Of a stretch of DNA of 64,000 nt, positions 39,777 through 52,202 are shown piece after piece. The notes under the pieces were generated by a model. It was not told where the DNA came from. It saw only the letters and a list, made by a program, of their open reading frames with translations, and did no database searches. Both the position numbers and the translations under genes were made by a program. The stretch is from Squalus acanthias (lineage: Eukaryota), in assembly GCA_030390025.1 (NCBI GenBank), contig CM059438.1, positions 62,436,001 through 62,500,000 on the forward strand, given 5' to 3'. Every line of letters begins with the position of its first letter. Position 1 is the first letter of the stretch.

Positions 39777-39937
39777 TGCATTAAATGGTTGGCAGTAATT
39801 TAATTGGATAGGGGCCCATTCACCCGCAAGGTAATCAGCACTTTACAGAAGATCGATTTTCTGATCTCTTTTTCTCACTCTCATTTCAAGCACTGCACTT
39901 TGCTGGGTATTCAGATTTGTTTTCTCTCTCCCTGCAG

Positions 39938-40042
39938 GAAAGTATCACGGAGCCTCAGATATCGATGGTGATATTGATTACATAGCATCACTCTTAGCCA
40001 AAAAAGATGTTGTCCCACATGCACTACAGCTGGCAGCAGAGG
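39938..40042 (+). CDS. NPDC1: NPDC1 exon (GKYHGASDIDGDIDYIASLLAKKDVVPHALQLAAE)
   Basis: Pyrimidine tract + cag acceptor, gtaagt donor, phase 1-1; DIDYIASLLAKKD resembles mammalian NPDC1 EIDFLAQELARKE. Confidence 0.88.
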
Positions 40043-40414
40043 GTAAGTGAACCGTTCACACAGCATGCCAGAAGGCTTCAGATCAAATCCGAAATGTGAA
40101 ATAAATTGTTTTGAGACCCTTTGTGCCCTTTTCTTTAAGGCCCCTGCAGGGTTTTGTTCCTGTGGTTACAAGCACTGCTGCAGGCAGGTCCTAACTGCTG
40201 CTTAATCCTCCCCATTACCTGCTGTAAAATGGTGGTGCTTTGATCTATTGCTGTGACAATTGCTGTATCAGCTAGGACCTGGTGTGCAGCAGCGTATGCT
40301 GTTGTCCATTTACTGGAGGCTGTCAAGAGGGAGAGCCAGTGCGGGTTGAACGAAGGTTTCACTGCCTCCTGATCTTCACCCGGCTCGTCCAGGATTCTGC
40401 CGCTTGTGTCCTAT

Positions 40415-40935
40415 CATAGAATCATAGAAGATAGGAGTAGGCCATTCGGCCCCTCTAGCCTGCTCCGCCATTCAATGCGATCATGGCTGATCACCCAAAT
40501 TCAGTACCCTGTCCCTGCTTTCTCCCCATATCCCTTGATCCCCTTTAGCCTTAAGAAATATATCCAACTCCTTCTTGAATCTATTTAATGAATTGGCCTC
40601 TACTGCCTTCTGTGGCAGAGAATTCCACAGGTTCACCACTCTCTGGGTAAAGAAATTCCTCCTCATTTCTGTCCTAAATGGCTTACCCCTTATCCTTAGA
40701 CTGTGACCCCTGGTTCTGGACTCCCCGACCATCGGGAACATCCTTCCTGCATCTAGTTTGTCCTGTCCTGTCAGAATTTTATAAGTTTCAATGAGATCCC
40801 CTCTCATTCTTCTAAACTCCAGTGAGTATAAGCCCAATCGACCCAATCTCTCTTCATACGTCATTCCTGCCATCCCAGGTATTAGCCTTGTGAATCTTCG
40901 CTGAACTCCTTCCATGGCAAGAACATCCTTCCTCC
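40415..40935 (-). mobile_element. CR1 3' fragment
   Basis: ORF 40481-40942 VQRRFTRLIPGM...RRMRGDLIETYKI...WNSLP; octamer tail. Confidence 0.9.
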
Positions 40936-41319
40936 TACACAAAGCCCTGCTTACCTATTACCTCTGTCCACCATGGCCTCCTTTCATTTCCTGCCCCTCA
41001 GTATATTGACTTCAAAATTATCATCTTATCTACAAATCCTTCCATGGTTTTCGTTCCTCCCTACCAGAAGCTCCTCCAGCTCTTCCAACTCTGGTTTACT
41101 ATGCGTTTTTCTCATTCCCTTTATTCTTCCCTTGATGGAAGAGCCTGCAGCCATCATACCTGCACGCTTTGCAACTTTTTCTACTTCCCTCTTTTTCTCT
41201 TCCCACCTCCAAAACCCCTTTAAACCTATCTCTTTGGCAGTGTCTCCTACTCTGGTCTGATTCCCAGCTGTGCAGAGATTTAGGATGTTTTTCTACATTA
41301 AAAATGTATGTACGTGTAT

Positions 41320-41595
41320 AGAATGGTACCAGGGGTGACGGACTTCAGTTGTGTGGAGAGACTGGAGAAGCTGGGATTGTTCTGGAGAGACTACAGAAGC
41401 TGGGATTGTTCTGCTTAGAGCAGAGAAGGTTAAGGGGAGATTTAATAGAGGTGTTCAAAATTCTGAGGTGTTTTAATAGAGTAAATAAGCAGAAACTGTT
41501 TCCACTGGCAGGAGGGTCAGTAACCAGAGGACACAGATTTAAGATAATTGGCAAATGAACCAGAGGGGAGATGGTGAGAATTTTTTTACACAAAG
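41320..41595 (+). mobile_element. CR1 internal fragment
   Basis: LGLFCLEQRRLRGDLIEVFKI...TRGHRFK. Confidence 0.8.
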
Positions 41596-42503
41596 GTTAG
41601 ATTTCAGGGCTGAGAAGAGGAGGCTGTTGAGGGAGAAGCTGCAGGGTATAGGAGGTTGAGTTGGGAGTCTGCTTGTGCCTGCAGAACAGTACCACAGCAA
41701 CAGTCCACACCTACAGAAAAGGAAGGAGAAAATTGGTGGCGAAGCAAAGGAAGAAATGGCCCCAGCTATATTTTGCTGTCTTCTCGCCACTTATCACCAG
41801 AAGCTGAGGGTTAGTTTAAAAATAAAATGTGATGGGCTCATTTCATTCTGTGATCTCAATGCCCCTGAGCCAGGGAAGGTAGGGGGGAAGAATCAGCGAC
41901 TCATGATGTAAAGTGCGTATCTGTGGGTGTCGTGTGAGGATAGGCTTGGGCTCTGTTGTAACACACAGTGTGATTAAATGGGTTGCAGGCAGTCATTGTC
42001 CAAGAATGAATATTTGGGCAAGACAAACACATCAAGAAGAGTCAGTGTCTTCAGGAGAAGGGAGGGGGGGGGGTGGCAAAAATCAGAAGAAGGCCTCCGC
42101 AATAGCCATTTGAATGACAGGACATTATTAGAACACTGTGTTTGCATTGGAAAATTAATGTCTCCTGGACTCTGTGAAGGAGCCCGCAAACAGGAAATAA
42201 AGACCTGGTTTAAGCCAAGAGAACAGATCTCCGGCAATTGGAGAGTAAGAGGTGCCTGGGAGCAGACTAGAACTGATCCTTCCTGTATACAAGCACTTGG
42301 CCTGCCTCAAACAACACAGCAGAGCTGGGAGCTTACGAGGCTGCAGGCAGCAATCCATCCCCCACGACCCTGTGACACGGTGGGGGTCAGGACTTCACTC
42401 TGTTGCACTGGGACATCTTGTATGTACTTGCAGTTTCAAAAAATGATAGAAACCGGATCTTTTTTCAAGTAGCGATTTCTGATCCAACATTTTGCATTAA
42501 CAG

Positions 42504-42686
42504 CTCACAAGGTTAAACCTGCTAAACTACAAGATGAATCGAGGGGAGTTCGTGCGGACATACCATCCAATACAGATATGTCTATTCCTACTGCAAGCAC
42601 ACCCCCAAACACTCCCAGTAAAGTTGCAGCGGTAAAGAGTGATCCAAAGAAAGCAGCAGTTCCCATCACCGATGCCATCTTGCTCG
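42504..42686 (+). CDS. NPDC1: NPDC1 exon, Pro/Ser/Thr-rich stalk (AHKVKPAK...PITDAILL)
   Basis: cag acceptor, gtaagt donor, open 183-nt phase 1-1 exon directly preceding the transmembrane exon. Confidence 0.88.
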
Positions 42687-43793
42687 GTAAGTAGGCATTG
42701 TATTTCAAAGAACACTTTGTTTCTTAAAAAGTTATACCTTGATCCATCAAAAGCCTGGTGGATAAAGACGACCCCCAGTATAGCACTAAGGCCATACAAA
42801 CCAGAGGGCCCCGATTTTGATTCCCCGTCTGTGCTGAGTTAGCTGATTTAGCACAGACAATAGTCGGGGAGCTACTAATGGCCCCACGAGCAAAGGAAGG
42901 GAAACACAATCGGCCAGGTTTCCTGATCCTGATAACTTACTGCTGAGAGGTGGGTGCGAGTGGGTGCGTGGGGCAAGATATTGAGAGAAGAGGATTCCAC
43001 AAGGTTCGACTGTGATCCACTCCATAATCAAATAGCCCACCACCACTCACTGGGCTTAAAACATCACTTAGGTGAGGTACTGGAAAGGCTCCCAGCACAC
43101 TTGGGGCCAGTAAGGGGAGGTACACACGCACAGATGTGGTGACACTGCTAACAAATGTTAATATCTCTCTAGAAGACGCAGAAGATAAATAAAATGGCAG
43201 GCTTCACATAGCTGGCAGCCGCCTATGTTATACGGAGGGGGGAAATCAAATTCCTAGGTTGTGACTTGCGATTCGAACTTTTGGAAGGTAGCCGAAAGTC
43301 AGCTTTTCCACTGTGGTGTTGGTTACAGTGGTAATCAGGACCTGAACCATCCATTCACTCAACTCCCATCAGCCCGCTATAAACGGGGGAGGGAAGTTTT
43401 CCTTTTCAAAAACAGTCCTGCTGTTTATTTTTAGTTGCTGGCTGACCTGCTCAGTCACCAGTTAGATGCTACTTCACAATGTAATGGCCTGTGATTAACA
43501 GGAATATGAGATACATGGGGACTGTCGAGTTAAACTGTGGGAAGTGTGATCACTAGTTTGGCACTTTTATGCAAAACTGTCTGCACCATCACAAGTTGAA
43601 AATGGCAGGCTTTGCATAGCTGGCAGCCGCCTATGTTGCTGCCGGCAGTGCCAGTCATAACTACTTCTAATGTGAGCAGAAGTAACTACTTCAATCCAGA
43701 GCAGCAACGTTGCCTTATTTATATTATCAGCTACCTTACACATGGTGCAGTTACCACTAAGGTTAATTCATGCATTCGGTTTTAACAGATTAA

Positions 43794-44504
43794 GGGGGGA
43801 AAATTCGGTTGCTTTGTGCCTCCCGTTAGCGCCCTAACGGGGCTCAAAGCAACTAGCGCCCGGGTGCGGCGCCGCCAACGCCTCCCGCGAAATTCAACGG
43901 GAGGTTAGCGGCGGCAGTAACCGTTAGCGCCCCGTGGTGCTGCGCCGCCTGCGATGACGTCATCGCTGTGCACAGCGCCCCGGCCGCGATCTTCGGTAGC
44001 GCCCCCTGACTTATCGCCGGACGCTACGTCCAACGGGGTCAGGGGGCCCTACCTGTGGCCAGGGCAGCGCTAATTAAAGGCAAGGTGCCGGGCGGCCATT
44101 TTTGTTGCTGGCCGCCTGCCAGCACCTGCCCCCCGTTGCAGTCCCCAGCCTCTTCTGCAGCCCACCCGCGGAGTGCCGGCTGCGCTCCATGAGCCCGGCA
44201 CTTCTCTTGAGTGCCAGGCTCTTTTGCCGGCACTCCAATCCCTGGTGGCCCAGCTGGTTGCGCTGCGCTAGGCCCCTCCCCTTTAAGAAGGGGAGGAAGG
44301 CCTGCAGTACCACGGCGCGACGTGCCACAGCGCGTGGTGCTGTGGCACGTAGCGCCGCAATATTCCCTCGCAGCGCTTCTAGTAGTGGCCCGCTTCCCTC
44401 TTGGGGCGCTACCAATGAATTTCGGCCGCAGGGGTGCTAATTTCTTCGTGTAGCGCCCCGGCAAAGTTAGCGCCCCAAAGGGGGCGCGACTCAATTTTTC
44501 CCCC
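43794..44504. mobile_element. GC-rich PIF/Harbinger-type MITE
   Basis: TIR GGGGGGAAAATT...AATTTTTCCCCC, 3-bp flanks TAA/CAA, repeated subterminal TAGCGCC. Confidence 0.7.
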
Positions 44505-44515
44505 CAAGGGTTAGT

Positions 44516-44990
44516 TTTTTTTTTTTTTGTTCATGCGATCTGGGCGTCGCTGGCAAGGCCAGCATTTATTGCCCATCCCTAATTACCCTTGAGAAGGTGG
44601 TGGTGAGCCGCCTTCTTGAACCGCTGCAGTCCGTGTGGTGAAGGTACTCCCACACTACTGTTAGGGCAGGAGTTCCAGGATTTTGACCCAGCGACGATGA
44701 AGGATGGTGTGTGACTTCGAGGGGAACTTGGAGGTGGTGGTGTTCCCATGCACCTGCTGCCCTTGTCCTTCTAGATGGTGGAGTTTGTGGGTTTGGGAGG
44801 TGCTGCCGAAGGAGCCTTGGCGAGTTGCTGCAGTGCATCTTGTAGATGGTACACAGTGTACTGGAACAGCTTGGCTCGAGGCGCGACGATGTTCTGGAGC
44901 ACAAGTCTTCAGCACGATAGCCGGGATGTTGTTGGGTCCATAGCCTTTGCTGTATCCAGTGCGCTCAGCCGTTTCTTGATATCACGTGGT
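44516..44990 (-). mobile_element. Non-LTR retrotransposon 3' fragment with poly(A) tail, clade not assigned
   Basis: Poly-T at 44515-44528; minus-strand gggcaataaatgctggccttgccagc terminus; CTIYKMHCSNSPRLLRQHLPNP; internally deleted. Confidence 0.65.
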
Positions 44991-46716
44991 GTTTATACAC
45001 TTTTGATATTTCTTGCCACCAATAGCACGTTATCAGCTTATATCACGGAGGTGAGCTCTGTGCTTCCTCAGCCTTCTGTCCCAATGACCCTTCAGTGAAT
45101 CTAATAAGGACCAATATATGTTAGTAAAGAAAATCCAGAAGAACAGTGATCATAGATCATGAATCTCCACGTGAATCTCCCTGCAGCATATTGATTAATG
45201 TAAAGTCAGGCTTTAGACTTCTGATGCCTTGAAACCTGAAGCCAGTTCATATATAGCCTTGAGGCGTTCATAATAGGTTTTCAACTTGTGATGGTGCAGA
45301 CAGATTCATTAGCACAAAAGTGCCAATCTAGTGCTCACACATTCACAGTTTAACTCGACAGTCCCCATGTATCTCCTATTCCTGTTAATCACAGGCCATT
45401 AAATTGTGAAGTAGCATCTAACTGGTGACTGAACAGGTCAGCCAGCAACTAAAAATAAACAGCAGGACTGTTTTTGAAAAGGACAACTTCCCTCCCCCGT
45501 TTATAGCGGGTTAATGGGAGTTGAGTGAATGGATGGTTCAGGTCCTGATTACCACTGTAACCAACACCACAGTGGAAAAGCCGACTTTCGTTAGAATCGC
45601 AAGTCACAACCTAGGAATGATTTCCCCCCTCCATTACAACCAGTGACGGCATCAAAAGCAATGTATGCAGAGGCCACAGCATGGCCACCTCCAGTGGTCA
45701 TCTCTTTCTCCCCGCCCCACCCCACATACCTGCTTCAGAAAAAACAGAAAGCGGCCTTCGGAGCACCTGCGGGTGTCACATCTCAATCATTTAAAAACAT
45801 GAATGATATTTTTTTAAAGTGTTTGAAAGTGTTCTTCTGCCAGTTGCTAAATTCACCTGCTCAGATTTCTAAGTTTTGTCCAACAAAAAAAATGTTTTCA
45901 GTAAGGTGCAAAAGCCCAGCCTTGATAAGTTCAGTATTGGTATTTAGAGGACTGGTAGGCAATTAGGCTGGTGGTGGCTTTTGCCCACAATGTTCTCCCT
46001 CTTGAAGCTGTGCCGTACTTATAAGAAGGAACAGTTTTACAAGTAAAAGGGTGAAACGGTGACTGTTTAGAGCTAGTTCTGAAAGCGCAGATTGCTTTCT
46101 TTTGCATTATTGAACTGAAATTTATCCTGTCACTTCATACCTCACTTCTGTCTTTATGTGTACAGTGAGATCTCACAGTAAATGATCAGTCACAACCATA
46201 AGTTCATGGGGAGCATTTACTCCTGGTTGGCACCCTATTTATACTGCCTCCTGGTGTGGGCGGATTGAGATGATGCTGAATTTGTTCCCAATCTACCCAA
46301 AATGGAGCCCGTAGCAATTTTAAGCCGTGCCGTTCACATATGGAGAACTTCAGCATTCAAATTGCTGTGACTTGTGTGGAACTCGCAGCTTGAAATACAA
46401 TGGAGAGTCACCAATTTATGAGAGTTTTGGTGCTTCAAAGGAAATGAGTCGCTTTCTAAGAAAACGTTATGTTGGTCGGAGGGGGCTCTCTCCCCACCGA
46501 GGACATTACCTCTCAGCTTCTCATCTGCGATACAACTGCCCACCTAATGTCTCCTAGGCAGGTGAGGGAGTCTCTGTGGACTGAGCACTATATCAAACCA
46601 GTTTTGGTGAGGCACAAGTTTCACATATTTGGATTACACAGAAAAGTAGAAGAAATCGTCAAGAGCAGGAGTCTGTTGTAATTAGTAATTGACATTTGCC
46701 GTTCTTTATTCCTCAG

Positions 46717-46783
46717 CTTTGATCATTGGGTGCACAGTGGCGGGGGTCTCTGGACTGATCATTGCTGGCGTCTGCTGGTACAG
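46717..46783 (+). CDS. NPDC1: NPDC1 exon, transmembrane helix (ALIIGCTVAGVSGLIIAGVCWYR)
   Basis: ttcctcag acceptor, gtaagc donor; hydrophobic segment ending CWYR, as in the NPDC1 CWxR motif. Confidence 0.93.
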
Positions 46784-47274
46784 GTAAGCCTTCTCAAGTT
46801 GCTAATGGGGATGCATGAAGAAAGTTCAGAAATAATGGAATAGAACTTTATGATTCTGTAGTAGGCTTGCATCTTTTCCCGAAGCCCAAGACTTGGCAGT
46901 AGAAAGGATAAGGTCATGGCTAGAGTTTGGGTCATCACTTGAGGATCTATAAGAACTGAAATTCTAACTGAGATAGTAAAGAGTTAGAGAAAAAGTAAAT
47001 CTGGAGTGCTACTTCACACTCGACCATGACAGCATCACAAAGGGGCAGAGGGTAAATCTTGTAAAAAGCAAATTTAGGATTGATTTCAGGAAATTCTTCA
47101 TATAAAGAGTGATCACTGCATTGAATGGACTTCTGAATAGCGAGATTGAGGCAAATCCCCTGAAATTATTTAGGAACAATTGGATTGCATGATGGATGGA
47201 AGGGGCTAACTGTGGGCTCTTTCGGGATGGATGAGTTAAGATGTGCTTTTACTTGACTTTTTTTTAAATTCTAG

Positions 47275-47362
47275 ATTACAGAAAGAGGTGAAGTTAACTC
47301 AGAAAACAGACTATTCAGGCTACGGTATAATTGGACCCAATGCCCAAGCTGAGAAATCCCAG
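47275..47362 (+). CDS. NPDC1: NPDC1 exon (RLQKEVKLTQKTDYSGYGIIGPNAQAEKSQ)
   Basis: tag acceptor, gtaagt donor; matches NPDC1 LQREIRLTQKADY. Confidence 0.95.
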
Positions 47363-47561
47363 GTAAGTTCAGAAGCAGACCGTACTTAAATTGTACCTCA
47401 TTTGTGCTCAAACCTGGGTCTAGAATTGTAGTCCATGCCCTGAGTCTTGTTCGTAAACTGGTTTCTTTTATTCATGCTGTGAGACAATTTCACCAATGGG
47501 ATGGTGGGATTATAGCCAAACAAAATCGAACTGTGGATGCTTAGTCGTTGAGTATATTCAA

Positions 47562-47665
47562 AAATGAGAAGTCGCACAACACCAGGTTATAGTCCAACAG
47601 TTTTATTTAAAATTACGAGCTTTCGGAGCTCCGCTCCTTCTTCAGGTACAGGTACCATTCAAGGC
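47562..47665 (-). mobile_element. Short PLE family B insertion in a CR1 3' fragment
   Basis: TSD TGAGTATATTCAA 47549-47561/47666-47678. Confidence 0.85.
47614..47648 (-). ncRNA. Hammerhead motif (family B), CUC site
   Basis: Minus strand TAC-CTGAAGA-A-GGAGC-GGA-GCTCC-GAA-AGCT-C-GTA. Confidence 0.75.
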
Positions 47666-47994
47666 TGAGTATATTCAAGGCTGAGGTCGATGGATTTTTG
47701 GACTCAAAGAAAATCAAGGCATATGGGGATCGGGCGGGAAAATGGAGTTGAGGTCGAAGATCAGCCATGATCTCATTGAATGGCAGAGCAGGCTCGAAGG
47801 GCCAAATGGCCAATTCCTCCTCCTATTTCTTATGTCCTTATGTCTACTTTCCATACCTGACCAGCCTACCTCCTATACCTGACCCGTCTCCTTTTAGTTT
47901 TTGTAGCACCTGGCCAGCTGAAGAAAACAGAATTTTGCTTTTAAAAAGAAATCATGGAAGCACTGAGAGTGTATATGGAGGTACACGTTTATGC

Positions 47995-48565
47995 CACCTT
48001 GGCTCAGTTGATGGCACTCTTGCCTTTGAGTAAAGGTATTAAGGGATGTGGGCCAAAGGCGGGTATATGGAGTTAGGTCGCAGATCAGCTGTGATCTCGT
48101 TGAATGACGGAGCAGGCTCGAGGGGCTGAATGGCCTCCTCCTGTTCCTATGTTCAGAAGTTTGTGGGTTTGGCTCCCAATCCCGGACCTGAGCACATAAT
48201 GTAGGCTGACTCTTTAGTGCAGTACTGAGGGAGCACTGAATTATTAGAAGTACTGTTCTTCTGGTGAGGCATTAAAACCAAGCTCCCATCTACCTGTTTC
48301 AGTGGCTGAGGTGGGTGCTAAAGATCCCATGGCACATTTTTGAAGAAGAACAGGGAGTTCTCCTGGCGTTGTGGCCGATGCTTCTCCTTCAACCAACACC
48401 ACCAGCAACAGGTTGAGCAGGTTATTGCTGTTTATGGGACTCTGCTGTGCTTGAAATGCCTGCTGCGTTTGCCTACATCACAGCGGCTGCACTAAAAAAG
48501 TAATTAGTTGTATGAAAAGCGCTTGGGGACCTCCTGAGAGATTTGACAAATGCAAGTTCTTTCAT
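47995..48565 (+). mobile_element. Diverged SacSINE1-type SINE with a CR1 tail fragment (~48031-48153) inside
   Basis: Head, core and tail recognisable. Confidence 0.7.
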
Positions 48566-48839
48566 TCGCAGTGATTCTTAACAAAAAGAAAGAACCTTTT
48601 AAACAAGTATTCCTTCACCCAATGCCCTTGCAGCAGCCAAGGCAAGTGGTGGAAAGTCACTGGCTATGGGAGAGTGGCGGCCATGTTTTTAGCTGCTGAA
48701 GTCTTTAGAGTAAATTCCGTGCTTCAGTTTTGTGATAAGTTGGCATCCAAAACGGGACTGTTTCAGGTCTCAGACCACCATTTGGGGTAGATCTTGCTCA
48801 GTTTGGGATTTGTGTGTATTTACTGAGCCTGAGTTCCTT

Positions 48840-49290
48840 AAGAAAGAAAGACTTGCATTTCTATAGCGCCTTTCACGATCACCGGACGTCTCAAAGCGCT
48901 TTACAACCAATGAAGTACTTTTGAAGTGTAGTCACTGTTGTAATGTGGGAAACGCGGCAGCCAATTTGTGCACAGCAAACTCCCACAAACAGCAATGTGA
49001 TAATGACCAGATAATCTGTTTTTGTTATGTTGATTGAGGGATAAATATTGGCGAGGACACGGGGATAACTCCCCTGCTCTTCTTCGACATAGTGTCATAG
49101 GATCTTTTACATCCACCTGAGAGAGCAGACGGGGCCTCAGTTTAACGTCTCCTCCGAAAGACTGCACCTCCGACAGTGCAGCACTCCCTCAGCACTGCAC
49201 TGGAGTGTCAGCCTAGCTTTATGTGCTCAAGTCTCTGGAGTGAGACGTAACTCAGAGGCGAGGGTGCTACCAACTGAGCCACAGCTGACA
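48840..49290 (-). mobile_element. SacSINE1-type SINE, near full length
   Basis: Highly similar to 39308-39776. Confidence 0.88.
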
Positions 49291-49785
49291 GTTAGTGTGA
49301 CTTTACCTCATCAATTTATAGTCAGCTGCACCCACACACACAGTCCCGTGACTCCCGCTTGAGCATTGGTTTCCTGTTACCCTGAGTGGCAATATAACAA
49401 TGTCACCAGTATTACAAGAGGACACTGAATTCAGCAACCTCTGCACGTGACTCTGTGAGGGGAGACGAGGAGAATTTGTTTTACGCAGCGAGTTGTTATG
49501 ATCTGGAATGCACTGCCTGAAAGGGCAGTGGAAGCAGATTCAATCGTAAATTTCAAAAGGGAGTTGAAAAAGAAAGAATTACAGGGCTAGTGGGAGAAAG
49601 CATTGAATAGTTTTTTCAAAGTGCCGGCACAAATACGATGGGCCGAATGGCTTCCTTCTGTGCTGTAACCAGGCTCCTGTTGTGATGCTAATCGAGATAC
49701 AAATGTTTTGTGTGGTACCTTGTGTAAAGGATATTCGAATCATATGCACATACTCAGTTTTCAATCTGTGTCTTTGTTCGAACAG

Positions 49786-49865
49786 AGTGGTGACAAGAAG
49801 CTGGCACAGAGTGCCCAGATGTACCACTACCAACATCAGAAGCAGCAGATGCTATCGATGGAGAA
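49786..49865 (+). CDS. NPDC1: NPDC1 exon (SGDKKLAQSAQMYHYQHQKQQMLSMEK)
   Basis: cag acceptor, gtgagt donor; hallmark LAQSAxMYHYQHQxQQML motif of NPDC1/CAB-1. Confidence 0.97.
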
Positions 49866-51437
49866 GTGAGTATTCAGAGCCGTTAAATTAACTAACTAGT
49901 GATACTGTGGACAAACCAGTGGTTAAAGTGGGCTGGCAGGCTGCTGAGCGGTGTGCCAGTTCTAAGGTAGCATTGCTGACCACAAAGTTGCTCTTGGTTA
50001 AGAACTGGGATGCTATTTGGAATGTTTCAGTCACTTTAACTGCTGTTTAAACTGAAAGCATTGGACATGCTGCTTCAGTACAAATCAAAAAGTGCATTTC
50101 ATCCAAATGTCTAGCTATAGGGAGGGCAACATTAGCAGAGCCCTGGGAGCAGCTCCAACCAATAGGCTGGAGAAAGTGTAAAGGCAAGAGGGGAGAAGGA
50201 TTTCAGGAGGGGAACTACTCTTTCCTTTTCTATGTTGACTGGGGTGCCCTACACCGTTAAAACCCAACCTATGCTGTGAAATGATGAATCTCCGACGGTC
50301 CTCTCCCTTTTAACCAGGTGTATATGGCTTTAAGATCGCATCAATTAGCAAGCTAAATGATTTTAAGGTATATGGGGGTGGGTGTCCATCATTGCTAACC
50401 ACTTTTCTTTCCTTCTTTCAATTCGTCCCTTTGATATTTTCACCCTAACCCTGCCCCCACGCTGAAGGACTGTATTTGTACTGAGAGATAGCTTCAAGGA
50501 TGCTGCTGACACTTTTCTGATACCTCACCCAAGTTTCTCAGTTCTCATGCAAGCCCAGACAGTGAGTGTCAACATGCTACTGGAGCGTGGAGACCATTAT
50601 AACTAAAGCCACTTTGAGGACTTTGCTTACGGCTGTCAGGAGCAGGATGGATGTCTGTTTTCCAAATCAGCCTTCAATGGGCCAGCATGAGAGTGGAGAC
50701 ACAGGGTGAAGTCAGATTCCCCCTCCCCCAAGGATCAGATATCGGTAGCCTTGGTAAGGGTAAATTGGATGCAGCAAGCCTGGAAATAATCGCTTAACCA
50801 GCCCCAGGCATTATCATGCTTATTCTATAATGTGTTACAATGTAAGCATGAGGTGGCGTAGCACAAAGAAGTGGGTCGCTGCTGCCATCAGCTGTGTGGA
50901 ACTTGCTCTGTTTACATTGATAACTCCCAATGGCTGTGGGAGAGCTATACATCAGTTGACAACCAGTAGTTAATGTAAAAGCTCCCACTGTTGATACAGC
51001 TTCCTTACACAGTTAAACACAGTAACATTTCAAAGTAGGCCCCTTGCCCTTCCCCTGCTGTCCTAGAGGATGTGTGCAGGTTCTTCTCACCCATGGTTTT
51101 CCCATCCATTGAAGTCCATATCGCGATACCCGTCAACTTGTTAAAAGGCTGGGGATTCAAATGGAACTTGGCATGGGGTTCTGTAGAACTGAGAAATCAG
51201 CTGAATTTGCTGGCTTAGGAATCTTGCTCATCCCTTCCTCTTTTCTCAGTGGCGCTGTTTATCATTTGAGGTGTCCCAATTAAAATAGGACAGTTGAGAA
51301 GTATGAGTCTGGATCTCTGCTGTCCCCAAGGAACTTGGGGGTGGGGGCGCTCGTGCTCCTCTAAAGACAGTTGCAAACGGAGAGATCAGCAGAGCTGGGT
51401 GTACTCTTCTGTTTACCGCTGTATTTTTGTCGTACAG

Positions 51438-51537
51438 AAATAAAGATGAATCCAAAGTAGCTGACTCAGCGACAGAATCCGAGGGAGAAAATGAAGACGG
51501 TGATTTCACAGTCTACGAATGCCCAGGACTGGCTCCA
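51438..51537 (+). CDS. NPDC1: NPDC1 exon (KNKDESKVADSATESEGENEDGDFTVYECPGLAP)
   Basis: cag acceptor, gtaagt donor; hallmark ENEDGDFTVYECPGLAP. Confidence 0.97.
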
Positions 51538-52202
51538 GTAAGTAACTAAGGATAGAGAATTATCCCACCAAAATCAAAACTGCATGTCACTAAGATAACC
51601 AGTCACAAAAGGCAAGCCCTGTTTTTTTGTGACTCTAGTCGAACGTGTGTAAATAATGTGTTTCAGAAATTCTGCTGGTGTTCTGTCATTCTGTACACAG
51701 AAGTAATCTCAAACTTTCACTCCATCATCAGCATGTGGGGAGGGGATAGAATTGAGGTGTTGCTAACAGCAGGTCAGTTTTAATCAGTTGATCCTGAATT
51801 TATTTTGATAGCATAGAGCTATTCATTCTCAAATGGGCCCTGCTCAGCTGGGTGTAAAAGAACCCATGACACTATTCGGACTGGTTGGGCCAAATGGCCT
51901 GTTTCTGTGCCGTATATCCTATGTCATCCTATGTAAGAACAGGGAGCACTCCTTGTGACCTGGCCAACATTCTGCCCACCGCCCGTAAACAAATTTTCTG
52001 ACCACTCATTTGCTGTTTGTGGGAGCTTGCTGTGCACCAGCTGGCTGCCACATTTGCCTGTACAACAACAGTGGCTGCACTTCAACAGTAATCCTTTTGA
52101 TTATTTTTGTAAACACTGTATGACATCCTGAGGTTCTGATGAAGTGCTATATGAATGCAGGTTCATTACTTTCTCATCACTGCCCAGTCACCCCGACTGC
52201 AA

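Larger units (their letters stand above)
43234..45632. repeat. Long inverted repeat: arms 43234-43602 and 45278-45632
   Basis: Arms align in reverse complement at high identity with a few indels; left arm flanked by 39-bp direct repeat 43191-43229/43599-43637. Confidence 0.93.

Noticed and set aside
43794..44504. CpG-island promoter, or coding ORFs at 44039-44494
   Set aside because: Bounded by TIRs; the ORFs reflect high GC and have no recognisable domain
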